Shown: positions 30,995 through 40,910 of the stretch, in pieces
Layout of the letters: every line of letters begins with the position of its first letter
Numbering within the stretch: the first letter of the stretch is position 1
Origin: a virus
IMG/VR virus record: IMGVR_UViG_3300033984_000205
Coordinates: 30,106 to 94,105 of that record
Direction: 5' to 3' (one strand)
DNA: 64,000 nucleotides
Notes under the pieces: model-generated
The model's database searches: none
Seen by the model: the letters and a program-made list of their open reading frames with translations, nothing else
What the model was told of the DNA's origin: nothing
Translations under genes and position numbers: made by a program

Positions 30995-33900
30995 TATTTC
31001 TCTAATTGTTTTATTCTATTCTCTAATTCTTGAATCTTAGCAACAAGTACTTCTATATAATTTACAGATAACATTTTATTTTCTCCTTCAGATACTTGAT
31101 CAGGATATTTTTCTTGAATTTCTTGTGCAACATATCCTATGTGTACTTTGTCATCTCTCTTGTCTTTCCAAGTAAATTTAATAGTATCACCATCTTGTTC
31201 TATAATATCTTTTAGTCTAGCATCAGAAGAATTAAAAAATCCTAAAGCTGTTACATTTCCAACATTAGAAACTGTAAAAACAGTACCACTTTGTTTTATT
31301 ACTCCATTTAAAACTGTTTCAGTTATTTGGTCATTACCTAAAACAGCTTGGTTGTTTTTAGTTGTAAATGAATTATACCCTATAGCAATACTATTGCTAA
31401 CAGTGGTTACTTGTGGGGATATGGTATTATCATCTTGTGATCCAAGAAAAGTATTTCTAGCACCAGTTACAGTATAACCTGCTTTGTAACCAAGTCCTGT
31501 GTTTAAGCTTGAATTTATATTAGCTTTAAGTGAATCTACACCTATTGAAGTGTTATATGTACCACCAAAATTTGAATATGATGCATATCTACCAACAGCA
31601 GTGTTTTGATACCCAGCAACATTACCTTGAAGTGCACTTGAGCCAACAGCAGTGTTCCAATTTGCATCAGTATTCTGTCTAAGTGCATCTTTACCAACTG
31701 CTGTATTTTCTTCTCCACTATTGTTTGTTTTAAGTGCTTCAGATCCTATTGCAGTATTTTGAAAACCTATTGTATTAGCTGTAAGTGTTCCTATACCAAG
31801 TGCTGTATTGTTATTTCCAGTGTTAAATTTAAGAGACTCAAACCCTACTGCTGTATTATAAATGCCAACAAAAGGTATTGTAGGATCTACAGAACTAGAT
31901 TCTCCTACATTATTTAAAAGAGCATTTACTCCAATAGCTGTATTTTGAAAACCTCCAACATTATTTGCTAGAGCACTTTTACCAATTGCTGTATTATTAT
32001 TTGCAGTATTTACTTTAAGAGCATCTATTCCAATTGCTGTATTATTAACTGCGCTATTGGGTACAGTTGATCCCTTACCAACAGTTAAACCATTAACTAC
32101 TAAGTCTTCAGTAAAACTTTTTATTCCTGCAAATGTTTGTGGATCAATTGTTACTACTCCTCCAAAATTAAGTGAAGCAGGTTGTAAGTTTAAAACACTT
32201 CCTGTTATTGTAGCTCCATTTACATTAGGTGCAGAACCTATAGGATTTAATGTTATTGTTCCTCCAGTCCCAACACCAATAGCAGTTCTGAAATCTGCAG
32301 CACTTAAAAGACTTACTGTATTATTTGCATTAGCTCTTAAGAATGTTATTGCTCCAGGATTTGTTACTGTAAAAATATTTGATCCAATTGTAGTTGCTCC
32401 TAAATTGGTTCTTGCTCCTGTTGCAGTAGTTGCACCTGTTCCTCCATTTGCAATAGCTAAAGTACCAGCTAATGTAATTATTCCAGATGTGGCTGTACTT
32501 GGAGTTAATCCTGTTGTCCCTCCTGAAAATGAAGTAACTGCTGAAGTCAAGTATGTACTTGTATCATAACTAATAACACCAGCAGTAGATTTTACAAACC
32601 CTGTTCCTGATAAAGTATTTTGTTTAGATGTTGCTAAACCACTATATAAACTATTTACTGCATTATCTCCTGAGTTGTTGTTAGTTGTATTATTAAGAAC
32701 AACTAATTTTGCATCAGTAACATATCTTCTATTTGTTGAATCAGCTATATCAGCAGTAGTTGCATCTGCTCCTACTGTAACTAATCCCTTAGAGTCATAA
32801 GTAATTTTTGTTTTAGTTGCTCCTGTTATTGCAGTATTTGGAGTAAGTTTATCATTAAATGTTGTCCAATCACTAGCTGTCAATAAACCTCTTCTATTTG
32901 TTGCAGAAGATGCATTTGGAATATTAAATGTATGAGTAATATCAGTTGAATTAATATTAAAATCGTTACCTAATGCTCCTGTTGCAAATAATTGTGATGC
33001 AGATGTCAAACCATTTAATGAAGCAAGACCTGTTGTAAATGTACTTTGTATTGAACTTAAGTTAGAATTTTGTGTATATAATGTAATAGTATTTCCTGAA
33101 CTTAAATTTTTAGGGTAAAACCTAATAGCAATTCTGTCAGAAGTTGTTAATGGTGCATACTCTGGTACAGCACATGTAAATGTATATAAATCAACTGTTG
33201 TTCCATTTGTTATAACCTCAACTAAAGAGGTGGCTAAAACATAAAATGTAGATCCATTATAAACTTCAACAGTTGCATAAACTTGTAAAACATTAGAAGC
33301 AGATGCAGATAAATAACACTGAAAAAGCCAAACTCCTGCAGGTACAACTTCTTGAGTTGGTTTACCTATATCTGTAATAAAGTTTGCAAATGCAACATCA
33401 TTTACAGTTCCTGATGTAAAATTAGCACTAGTACCTAAATTTGCTCCAGTAGATAATTGATAAAAGTTATTTGCATCTATAGTTCCTTGAGATGTTCCTC
33501 CATTACAATAGTAAACTTGTCCTCCACCTCCTCCTGCTATTTCAGGAAAGGAAGCTAGCTGACCATCCCCTCTTATATATTGTGAAGCTAATCCTGCCCC
33601 TGTTACTGTAAGAGTATCACTTGATGTTACAGGACTATTAGTAACTTGAAATGCACTTGGCATACTTAGTCCTACAGATGTTACTGTTCCACTAGTAAGA
33701 GTTGGAAATGTTGCAAGTGTACCATTACCTCTTAAATATTGAGAGATAGTACCTATTGGATATGGGTAATATGCAGTAGAATCTGTTGAACCATTAGCCT
33801 TTAAAAACTGAGATGACGTGCCACCTACTACCTTATCCACTTTTAATGCATCTTGAGTGTCAACATAACTTGTTGTAGCTAATCCATTAGTAGATGGAAT

Positions 33901-34416
33901 AACAGGTTTGTTCAATATCTGTGCATCTCCACTTGTAGCATTCCAATCAGCCTTGACATTAACTTCTGCTCCTGTAGCAATCCCAGCTAATTTATTCTTT
34001 TCAGCAGTTGTATAATCATTTAAAGTAGCACCTGCTGAAGTTCCATTTCCTAATGGAATAGTTGCATCTGTTCCTGTATCACTACTAATAGTAAAATTAG
34101 TAGTTGTTTGAGTTGGAGATAAATTAGTAACACCACTAGCAGAAGGTTCTTCTACTAACAAATGTCCTGTGCCTAAGTCTGCCCAATAATTACTATTAGT
34201 AGGAGGATATTGATTATCATTTATAAGACTTTTATATACATGCCCTTCAAACCATACAAAACAATCTAAGATATAAGGATTACCTAATGCCACAGAATGA
34301 TTTGTAGACCACTCTATAGCACTTAAAGGAGAGTCTAAATCACTCTTTCTTATTAGACATTTTATTTGATCAACTAACCAATTAATGTCTTTCTTTATTT
34401 TTAATAGTTCTAACAT
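30994..34416 (-). CDS. Long tail fibre with peptidase S74 intramolecular chaperone
   Basis: It carries NTAIGxxAL beta-roll repeats and GTLAIANGGTGATTA shaft motifs. The C-terminus reads SSDARLK...IGYVAQE...VNY followed by a coiled coil. Confidence 0.85.
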   Translation of the reverse strand: MLELLKIKKDINWLVDQIKCLIRKSDLDSPLSAIEWSTNHSVALGNPYILDCFVWFEGHVYKSLINDNQYPPTNSNYWADLGTGHLLVEEPSASGVTNLSPTQTTTNFTISSDTGTDATIPLGNGTSAGATLNDYTTAEKNKLAGIATGAEVNVKADWNATSGDAQILNKPVIPSTNGLATTSYVDTQDALKVDKVVGGTSSQFLKANGSTDSTAYYPYPIGTISQYLRGNGTLATFPTLTSGTVTSVGLSMPSAFQVTNSPVTSSDTLTVTGAGLASQYIRGDGQLASFPEIAGGGGGQVYYCNGGTSQGTIDANNFYQLSTGANLGTSANFTSGTVNDVAFANFITDIGKPTQEVVPAGVWLFQCYLSASASNVLQVYATVEVYNGSTFYVLATSLVEVITNGTTVDLYTFTCAVPEYAPLTTSDRIAIRFYPKNLSSGNTITLYTQNSNLSSIQSTFTTGLASLNGLTSASQLFATGALGNDFNINSTDITHTFNIPNASSATNRRGLLTASDWTTFNDKLTPNTAITGATKTKITYDSKGLVTVGADATTADIADSTNRRYVTDAKLVVLNNTTNNNSGDNAVNSLYSGLATSKQNTLSGTGFVKSTAGVISYDTSTYLTSAVTSFSGGTTGLTPSTATSGIITLAGTLAIANGGTGATTATGARTNLGATTIGSNIFTVTNPGAITFLRANANNTVSLLSAADFRTAIGVGTGGTITLNPIGSAPNVNGATITGSVLNLQPASLNFGGVVTIDPQTFAGIKSFTEDLVVNGLTVGKGSTVPNSAVNNTAIGIDALKVNTANNNTAIGKSALANNVGGFQNTAIGVNALLNNVGESSSVDPTIPFVGIYNTAVGFESLKFNTGNNNTALGIGTLTANTIGFQNTAIGSEALKTNNSGEENTAVGKDALRQNTDANWNTAVGSSALQGNVAGYQNTAVGRYASYSNFGGTYNTSIGVDSLKANINSSLNTGLGYKAGYTVTGARNTFLGSQDDNTISPQVTTVSNSIAIGYNSFTTKNNQAVLGNDQITETVLNGVIKQSGTVFTVSNVGNVTALGFFNSSDARLKDIIEQDGDTIKFTWKDKRDDKVHIGYVAQEIQEKYPDQVSEGENKMLSVNYIEVLVAKIQELENRIKQLEK

Positions 34417-34427
34417 GAGATATAATA

Positions 34428-35024
34428 TTATTTTGTTAAATCAAACAGTAACATACATTTATCATTGTAATGAGGATAACCTTCTTGACAATTTTCATTA
34501 ATTAAATATACAGGATTCATATAAAAAGGAGCAATCATTAAATTAATACACTTCCAACCTCCATCTATTATATCAGGATTTTGACTCCACTTAGTAAAAC
34601 TAGTTGCTAATAGATATTTACTTCCACTTCTTTTTATATTTTCTAAAGCTTTTAATACATTTTCATTACTTAAATGTCCTAGACAATCTCTAACAAAAAC
34701 TAAATCTGCTTTAGGTAACTCATCTTCAATTAAATTTAATACAGTAAAAGATTTATTAGGATACTTAGTATTATTACTTTGTATTAATTCTTCAACTATA
34801 TCTGCTCCTAAATAATTTATTTCACTTAAATCTACTTCTTTCATCCAATTAAAATCTCCACAAGGAATGTCTAACACAGATGTGATCTCATATTTTTTAA
34901 AGAGTATAGATAACTCTTTTCTTAATACTTCTGTATTTTGTAACTCTGAGCCTGAACCACTTTTACTTTCAGCAGATGCCCAAAGGTTATCAGTATAAAT
35001 TTTTGTAAAAGTTTCTTTTATCAT
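34428..35024 (-). CDS. Class I SAM-dependent methyltransferase
   Basis: SGSGS, VLDIPCGDFNWM (motif I), YLGADIV and DLVFVRDCLGHL. Confidence 0.85.
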   Translation of the reverse strand: MIKETFTKIYTDNLWASAESKSGSGSELQNTEVLRKELSILFKKYEITSVLDIPCGDFNWMKEVDLSEINYLGADIVEELIQSNNTKYPNKSFTVLNLIEDELPKADLVFVRDCLGHLSNENVLKALENIKRSGSKYLLATSFTKWSQNPDIIDGGWKCINLMIAPFYMNPVYLINENCQEGYPHYNDKCMLLFDLTK

Positions 35025-35028
35025 ATTT

Positions 35029-35955
35029 TTATATTAAGATTGTTTGTTTTCCTGTTTCTTGAACTTCTTTCCAATAATGTGAACTTGCTCTGTTTTCATC
35101 TATTTGAAGTGTATCATTATAAGGAAGTCTAGTCATATATTTTGCTTTATAAAAAAGATTTACATCTTTTTCAGAAACTCCTGCATTATGTAATATAAAG
35201 TATTTTTCTACAGAAGAAATAGGATCTGTACTCCAACCAAAATCTAATCTAGAATCTACTTTTGTTTCATAACCTTTTAACCAAATGTTCCAAAGCAAAG
35301 ACCACATTCCTGCTGTCCATTTCTGTATTGGATAATCATTAGGATATTTTTCAACATGAAACTGTTCTGTATTACAAAAGTAAGAATAAAGTTTGACACT
35401 ATCACTCTCTACTTTATTCCAAAATTCAAAACTTTCTCCTATAGTAACATACTGAGCTCCTCCTGAATGACTGTTTAATAATTTAGGTATTAGTCTATCT
35501 ATACCTATAATCTCACACATCTTTTTATAAATATGGTTACCTTTTTGTTGGATGTAATCATAGTTAATATAAGAGTTTGTATTACTTAAATACCATACAT
35601 TACCTGGCATTGCCCAATCTACTTCAGGAGGTCTTGTAAACACTATGTCACAATCATGTAGAAACAATCTTTGACCTATAAGATCTGGGTTTGCTTTCAT
35701 ATGACTACTCATAAGATTGAAGTAAATAGAAGGAACATAACTCTTATCTGCTCTAGTATCATTATAAAAAAAGAACCTGACTGTATTATAGTGGTTTTGT
35801 AGTTTTCTCCAAACTTCAGGGACTACATCATTATCTATAGCACAAAGGATGTCAATCTTATTAGGATTGACACCATGCTTTTTAAAATTATTTATTACTA
35901 CTTCCACCTGCCAAGTGTAAAAATTATTTGCAGGTTGTGCACAAATATATCTCAT
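35029..35955 (-). CDS. Putative GT-A fold glycosyltransferase
   Basis: N-terminal YTWQVEV, a hydrophobic strand followed by DCD (DxD) in LFLHDCDIVF, plus GGAQY, KWTAGMWS and ILHNAGV. The pattern resembles GT95/GT96-type protein O-glycosyltransferases. Confidence 0.6.
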   Translation of the reverse strand: MRYICAQPANNFYTWQVEVVINNFKKHGVNPNKIDILCAIDNDVVPEVWRKLQNHYNTVRFFFYNDTRADKSYVPSIYFNLMSSHMKANPDLIGQRLFLHDCDIVFTRPPEVDWAMPGNVWYLSNTNSYINYDYIQQKGNHIYKKMCEIIGIDRLIPKLLNSHSGGAQYVTIGESFEFWNKVESDSVKLYSYFCNTEQFHVEKYPNDYPIQKWTAGMWSLLWNIWLKGYETKVDSRLDFGWSTDPISSVEKYFILHNAGVSEKDVNLFYKAKYMTRLPYNDTLQIDENRASSHYWKEVQETGKQTILI

Positions 35956-35968
35956 ATCTTATATCTTA

Positions 35969-37126
35969 TTATTCACAGGTATTTGCAGAAGATGTTGGGA
36001 AGAAATTTCCTGGAGTGCCACCTTCACTATATGTATCATAAACAATAGTAAAATTTCCTTGTCTTACTCTAAGATTAGTGACTAAAGTTCCTCCAAATGT
36101 TACTGAATAAACAGGATTAGGATTGTTTTCTCCTTGCCATCCTACATAAGTTCCATAAGTTCCTATATTTGTAGTTTCACCTATATCTAATTGTGTAACA
36201 CCAAATACACTTGTAGCAGGTATTACAGTACCATTATTCATAGTAGAATATGAAATAAGATATATCTCTGATTGATAAACATCTACTGATTCTCCCATAA
36301 TTAAAGAACTATTAAAATCTATAGTACCGTCAAAATAACTTTCTCTGTCAAAATAATAACTACTAAAAGTTCCACAAACAGTTATAAGATCAGGTAGTTC
36401 TATTACTGTTGCAGTTATTCCACATAATGGTGGAAGAGTAGTAGTAATATTTTCAAAATTATGCTCAAAACAGTTATTAAAATACGAAGTTAATCTACTT
36501 TGATTATATGCTGGTATAGTTATTATTTGTTCTATAGTATTAGAACTTCCATTTGTAAATACTACATTAAAAGAATAAGCTAACGAAGTTATTGTGCCAC
36601 TTGCAAAGTCAATATATGCTGGAAGTAGTTTATTACTCAATGTTGCTACAGTTGAAGAAGAACTAAAAGTAAAGTTCATAGGAATTGAATAATGAAATTC
36701 TTGAAGAAACATATCTCCTGGGGCTGTAAATCTTGTCAAAGACGCTGAAGATGCAGTGGGGTTTATTGTTCTTCCAGCAGCTACAGCAGTAAAGTCTAGA
36801 ACAGCATTAATAACTATATTTATATTTCTATCATTTGTTGCTGTCCAATTTATACAGTGTTCTTGAGTGGTGAAAGATAGACCTATATAAGTACCTTCCC
36901 CAGCTTCACAATTTCCTAAAGACACAACTTCAGCATAGCCCCCAATTGTTGATGCTGGGAATGGTATATCTACCACATACCCTTCTAATAGTATAGATTT
37001 TGGCACTGGGGTTGGATTTATTTTTGATCTTTCATAACCATTATTGCTTATGTTATTATGATAGACATATACATCAAATGGTCCTGTACCTGATTGAGCT
37101 TCTGTTAATTTTATAAGTACGGTCAT
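35969..37126 (-). CDS. Modular virion decoration protein (MTVL...GPFD family)
   Basis: The N-terminus MTVLIKLTEAQSGTGPFDVY is paralogous to the neighbouring genes. The protein is S/T-rich and beta-rich. Confidence 0.55.
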   Translation of the reverse strand: MTVLIKLTEAQSGTGPFDVYVYHNNISNNGYERSKINPTPVPKSILLEGYVVDIPFPASTIGGYAEVVSLGNCEAGEGTYIGLSFTTQEHCINWTATNDRNINIVINAVLDFTAVAAGRTINPTASSASLTRFTAPGDMFLQEFHYSIPMNFTFSSSSTVATLSNKLLPAYIDFASGTITSLAYSFNVVFTNGSSNTIEQIITIPAYNQSRLTSYFNNCFEHNFENITTTLPPLCGITATVIELPDLITVCGTFSSYYFDRESYFDGTIDFNSSLIMGESVDVYQSEIYLISYSTMNNGTVIPATSVFGVTQLDIGETTNIGTYGTYVGWQGENNPNPVYSVTFGGTLVTNLRVRQGNFTIVYDTYSEGGTPGNFFPTSSANTCE

Positions 37127-37142
37127 CTTGTTTTATTTAAAA

Positions 37143-37790
37143 TTAGTTTCTAAAAAATTTTCTTATTGCAATAGCATTAATTCCTGTGTTCCAATTATAT
37201 AACCAAGTTCTAACACCAGTTGAAAAATTAAAACTTACAGCTTGATCTGAGTAAGCATTAAGTCCCCAAGTAGTACCTGCAGGAAGAGTCACTCCTAAAG
37301 AAGCTCTAACTCTGTACATCTCTTCTAATTGAAATATATTAGGTAGATCCCAATCACTATACCCTCCATCTACTAGTGCTCTACATGCAGCAATAGCTCC
37401 AGCATGATTATATCCTCCTAATGAAGGTAATCTTAATACTATTCCATAAGAATAATCAGGGGCTACTTCTGTAATTATTCCTCCTTCATAAGTTTGACCA
37501 ACATATAATGGAGAAAATGGACTAACAGTAGTTGTAGTAGTTGTAGGACCAGGAAGAAGTGTTACATTCACATCTACATAATCAGTGCAACCTTCTCCTC
37601 CAGTTGCTACAGATTTTACTCTAACTTTAACTGTATTATTTGGTACTATTGTTATATAACCAGCAACTAACTGTGATTTTGCAACTTCTGCTTCGTGTCC
37701 TATATAATTAGTTCCATCACTACTTATAAATAAATCATAAAAAGGACCTGATTCTACTCCTGCTGAATTTATTGTTATATTAAGTTTCAT
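37143..37790 (-). CDS. Modular virion protein with a Thr linker and Lcl/DUF1566-like C-type lectin-fold domain
   Basis: Shared N-domain (SAGVESGPFYDLF), PTTTTTT linker, VGQTYEGGII, GGYSDWDLPNIFQL and a terminal AIAIRKF. Confidence 0.7.
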   Translation of the reverse strand: MKLNITINSAGVESGPFYDLFISSDGTNYIGHEAEVAKSQLVAGYITIVPNNTVKVRVKSVATGGEGCTDYVDVNVTLLPGPTTTTTTVSPFSPLYVGQTYEGGIITEVAPDYSYGIVLRLPSLGGYNHAGAIAACRALVDGGYSDWDLPNIFQLEEMYRVRASLGVTLPAGTTWGLNAYSDQAVSFNFSTGVRTWLYNWNTGINAIAIRKFFRN

Positions 37791-37821
37791 AAGTTTATTA
37801 TTATTAATTAGTAGTTAGTAG

Positions 37822-39018
37822 TTATTCTTGTGGTTCTTCTGGTGGAACATATTCTGTTGTTGTTGTTGGATAAACATAATATCCTTCAGCTACTTCTCCT
37901 ATTCCTGTAAAGAAACAAGAATTTTCTTTTAACAGTCTTATTGAAGCTCCAGTGCCCATATGTCTATTACTTTCTATGCTTCCACCAGGGATTCCCATAT
38001 AAGGTGACCAATAACTAAGCCAATCAACAGAAGCAGTAGTAGCCCAACCTTCAATTTGAACATCATATGATTTAGCAGCCCACCATAAGCCTTCGTTTCC
38101 TAATTCATTAAAATATCCTGCACTTGCTGGATAACCTGGTTGTGCTGGATAACCCCTATAACGCACCCCTCCTGGAAGAGCTGTAAAACCAATAGTATTA
38201 GTTCCAAGAGGATTTGCTTCACCAGGGCTTGGAGTATATGCAGTCCATAGTCCTCCACTTCCAATAGTTCCTGTTGCTTTTAACATCTTTCCTGTATAGT
38301 AAGGGTAACTACTTGTTCTATTTACAGCCCAATATAATTTCTCCCAATCATGTTGATAAGGTATACGATACCCTAAAGGAGCTATATTTTTTCTTGCTGC
38401 TACTTGTTCAAGGGTTGGTGGAACTGACTCTTCTGTATGTATTCCCATAAATGCATACCAATTGTATAATTTACCATAGATAGGGCCATTTGCAGAATTA
38501 TTGTCGTAATAACACCAAGCTCCTGTTTTTAATGTGTCCCATTGTGCTTGGTCTGTTACTTGTGGAATAGGTGTTCCATCTCTATACGTTTCAACATTTA
38601 GATTACAAGGTAACCATATCATATCCTCTATATTAACATCAGGTAATGAACATAAAGAAAGAGGTGCAGTAGTGGTACTTGAAGTAGAAGTAGAAGTAGA
38701 AGATGTGCTAGTACTAGTACTAGAGGTACTAGTGCTAGTACTTGAAGTTGAAGTAGAACTACTTGAAGTACTACTTGTACTTGAACTTGTACTTGTTATA
38801 GTTAAATCTATACTAGTAGGACAGGAGACACTTGTAGAAGTTACTCTAATCTTAGTTGAACCATTTGGTACTGCTGAAGAAGAATATCCTTGCCCAACTA
38901 ATACTGATTTTTGAATACCTGAAACAAGTAATGTAAAGGTTGTTCCATTAATACTTGTGTATAAATCAAATGGGCCAGTACCTGTACCTGCTGCTGATAA
39001 TGTTGTTAAGACTGTCAT
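37822..39018 (-). CDS. Modular virion protein with an S/T linker and Fib_succ_major (FISUMP) domain
   Basis: MTVLTTLSAAGTGTGPFDLY and a Ser/Thr tract of about 40 residues. These are followed by NLNVETYRDG, AWCYYDN, YGKLYNWYA, GFTALPGG and GASIRLLKE. Confidence 0.8.
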   Translation of the reverse strand: MTVLTTLSAAGTGTGPFDLYTSINGTTFTLLVSGIQKSVLVGQGYSSSAVPNGSTKIRVTSTSVSCPTSIDLTITSTSSSTSSTSSSSTSTSSTSTSTSSTSTSTSSTSTSTSSTTTAPLSLCSLPDVNIEDMIWLPCNLNVETYRDGTPIPQVTDQAQWDTLKTGAWCYYDNNSANGPIYGKLYNWYAFMGIHTEESVPPTLEQVAARKNIAPLGYRIPYQHDWEKLYWAVNRTSSYPYYTGKMLKATGTIGSGGLWTAYTPSPGEANPLGTNTIGFTALPGGVRYRGYPAQPGYPASAGYFNELGNEGLWWAAKSYDVQIEGWATTASVDWLSYWSPYMGIPGGSIESNRHMGTGASIRLLKENSCFFTGIGEVAEGYYVYPTTTTEYVPPEEPQE

Positions 39019-39038
39019 AAGTTTATTTTTTTATTATT

Positions 39039-39845
39039 TTAAGTTGAGACTGCATTTCCTACAAGAGTGCAGTCTAAAATTGTTGTTGTACTTGTTGTAC
39101 TAGTAGTTGTTGTTGCAACCTTTCTATAATCCCATATTAAATACGCATAACTTGATTGTGTAGGATTAACATCATAAAGAAAACTATCCCCTTCCCATGT
39201 AGGAGGATTTCCTGGCAGTAATTGTATATTTTGAATTTGAGTTGCATTAGCAAGTATAGTTGCAATTTGTGCAGATGTGTATTCTACTGATGAAATCAAA
39301 TACCACATTTTATTACCAAGAGTAGGATTAAATACAATATCATTAGGTAAAAAACTTTGAAAATCTTGACGTACCATAATCATGTCATTGACTTGTGGAG
39401 ATGAGAAATCGTACAATGATGTAACATTTGTTTGAAAAAGAGAAGGTTGTTGTACAGTTAGTATTACTCCACTATTATAATACCAATCTCCTGAAGGTAA
39501 ATGGCTAGTATAATTATATGATGGACTATAAGTAACTTTTCCACTATCTTCAGGGTCATTAATAATTATTCCTGTTAAAGAATTAATTTGAGGTGGTTCA
39601 GTAGTAGTACTAGTTGTAGTTAACAAACTTATAGGTATATCTATAGAATTACTACAATTATCTGTAGCAACTACTCTTATTATAGTTGCATTATTTGGAA
39701 CATTAGATAAAGAGTATCCTTGTTGTTGTTGTAATTGTAATTTTGTTATTCCTGTTACAATAGGAGTATTATAGTCTATATTAGAATAAAGACTAAAAAG
39801 TGTTGTACTTGTCCCTGCTACTGATAATTTAACTAATACTGTCAT
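39039..39845 (-). CDS. Modular virion protein with two Thr/Ser tracts
   Basis: The start was moved to MTVLVKLSVAG (39845) to match its paralogs. It has TTTSTTT and TTTTSTTSTTT tracts, YAYLIWDYR and a C-terminal LDCTLVGNA. Confidence 0.6.
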   Translation of the reverse strand: MTVLVKLSVAGTSTTLFSLYSNIDYNTPIVTGITKLQLQQQQGYSLSNVPNNATIIRVVATDNCSNSIDIPISLLTTTSTTTEPPQINSLTGIIINDPEDSGKVTYSPSYNYTSHLPSGDWYYNSGVILTVQQPSLFQTNVTSLYDFSSPQVNDMIMVRQDFQSFLPNDIVFNPTLGNKMWYLISSVEYTSAQIATILANATQIQNIQLLPGNPPTWEGDSFLYDVNPTQSSYAYLIWDYRKVATTTTSTTSTTTILDCTLVGNAVST

Positions 39846-39847
39846 AA

Positions 39848-40891
39848 TTATATTTGTTGAGCACTTCCTATCATAATACAAGGATTTGTAGTAGTACTTG
39901 TACTGCTTGTACTGCTTGTACTAGTTGAAGAAGTACTAGATGTACTTGTACTTGAAGTACTTGTGCTAGATGTGCTACTAATAGGTATAGTAGTAGTACT
40001 AGAGGTACTTGAAGTACTCGATGTACTAGAGGTACTTGAAATAGGTAATGTAGTTGTACTACTTGTGCTACTTGTAGAACTTGTACTAGAAATAGGTAGA
40101 GTAGTTGTAGGTGCAGCAGTAGTTATAGAAGAAGGGTCTGTAGGTATAATACCTATCTCTCTTATACATGTACTTACTATATCAAAATTATACTTACTTG
40201 TAATATAATCTTTTTCTTCTTGACTTACTGCCAAAGCTTTGTCTTGGTAGTAAAAACTTAAATAATAAGAACTAATAATACTTAACATAGTTCTTTCTAT
40301 TTTTGCATTTCCATATATTTTTTCATGTAATAAACTGCAAAGTACTTCTTGAGTATAAAGACAAATATTATTTTGTGTAGTTTGATTTATATAATTTTGA
40401 TATGTAGGATAATTAATTGTGTTAAAAGCTTGAGCTTTCATAAAAGCTTCTAAGTAATCTTCACATTGATTGTATCCTCCACAGTCTCCACATTTACCTC
40501 CTGACCCTGAGTGTCCTCCTGAATGTCCTCCTGAATTTGAATTTGATCCAGAGTTTGAACCCATCCCTGAACTTGAACTTGAACCTCCTCCCCCTGAACT
40601 TGTCCCACATATAGTTTGTTGTGCCATTAAGACAAAAGAACTTAATAGATTCTCGTAATATTTAATAGTAAAAGGAACACTGGTTTCTGTAGAAGAACTT
40701 AAATAAATAGAATAGTTTCCATCTGTTGCAAAAGTTAAAACTACTGTTTGATTAGGTGTAATTACTCCTGTCTTTATTTCAGTAGTTGCATCACAAGTTA
40801 CTTTACTTACATGGTAAGTAAGATCTACTGTTCCAGTATTTTTAAGTGTGTGAGTGTCTTTGTATTTTAAGTATGTGTAATTCAAAGCCAT
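39848..40891 (-). CDS. Virion structural protein with a Gly/Ser loop and mucin-like S/T-rich C-terminus
   Basis: An Ig-like N-domain (FATDGNYSI) and a helical Cys-containing domain. The S/T tail is about 80 residues and includes three TTT(L/I)PISSTSSTS repeats. Confidence 0.65.
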   Translation of the reverse strand: MALNYTYLKYKDTHTLKNTGTVDLTYHVSKVTCDATTEIKTGVITPNQTVVLTFATDGNYSIYLSSSTETSVPFTIKYYENLLSSFVLMAQQTICGTSSGGGGSSSSSGMGSNSGSNSNSGGHSGGHSGSGGKCGDCGGYNQCEDYLEAFMKAQAFNTINYPTYQNYINQTTQNNICLYTQEVLCSLLHEKIYGNAKIERTMLSIISSYYLSFYYQDKALAVSQEEKDYITSKYNFDIVSTCIREIGIIPTDPSSITTAAPTTTLPISSTSSTSSTSSTTTLPISSTSSTSSTSSTSSTTTIPISSTSSTSTSSTSTSSTSSTSTSSTSSTSTTTNPCIMIGSAQQI

Positions 40892-40910
40892 GGGAAAGTG
40901 TTTTAAATGT

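Noticed and set aside
37143-38100. Diversity-generating retroelement targeting the Lcl/FISUMP C-type lectin heads
   Set aside because: No reverse transcriptase and no adenine-variant template repeat of these 3' ends is visible in the window. One elsewhere in the genome cannot be excluded.
38534-40208. Plus-strand ORFs rich in V/L/E (38534, 39963), and other short plus-strand ORFs across 1-55 kb
   Set aside because: They are antisense shadows of S/T tracts and other minus-strand genes.
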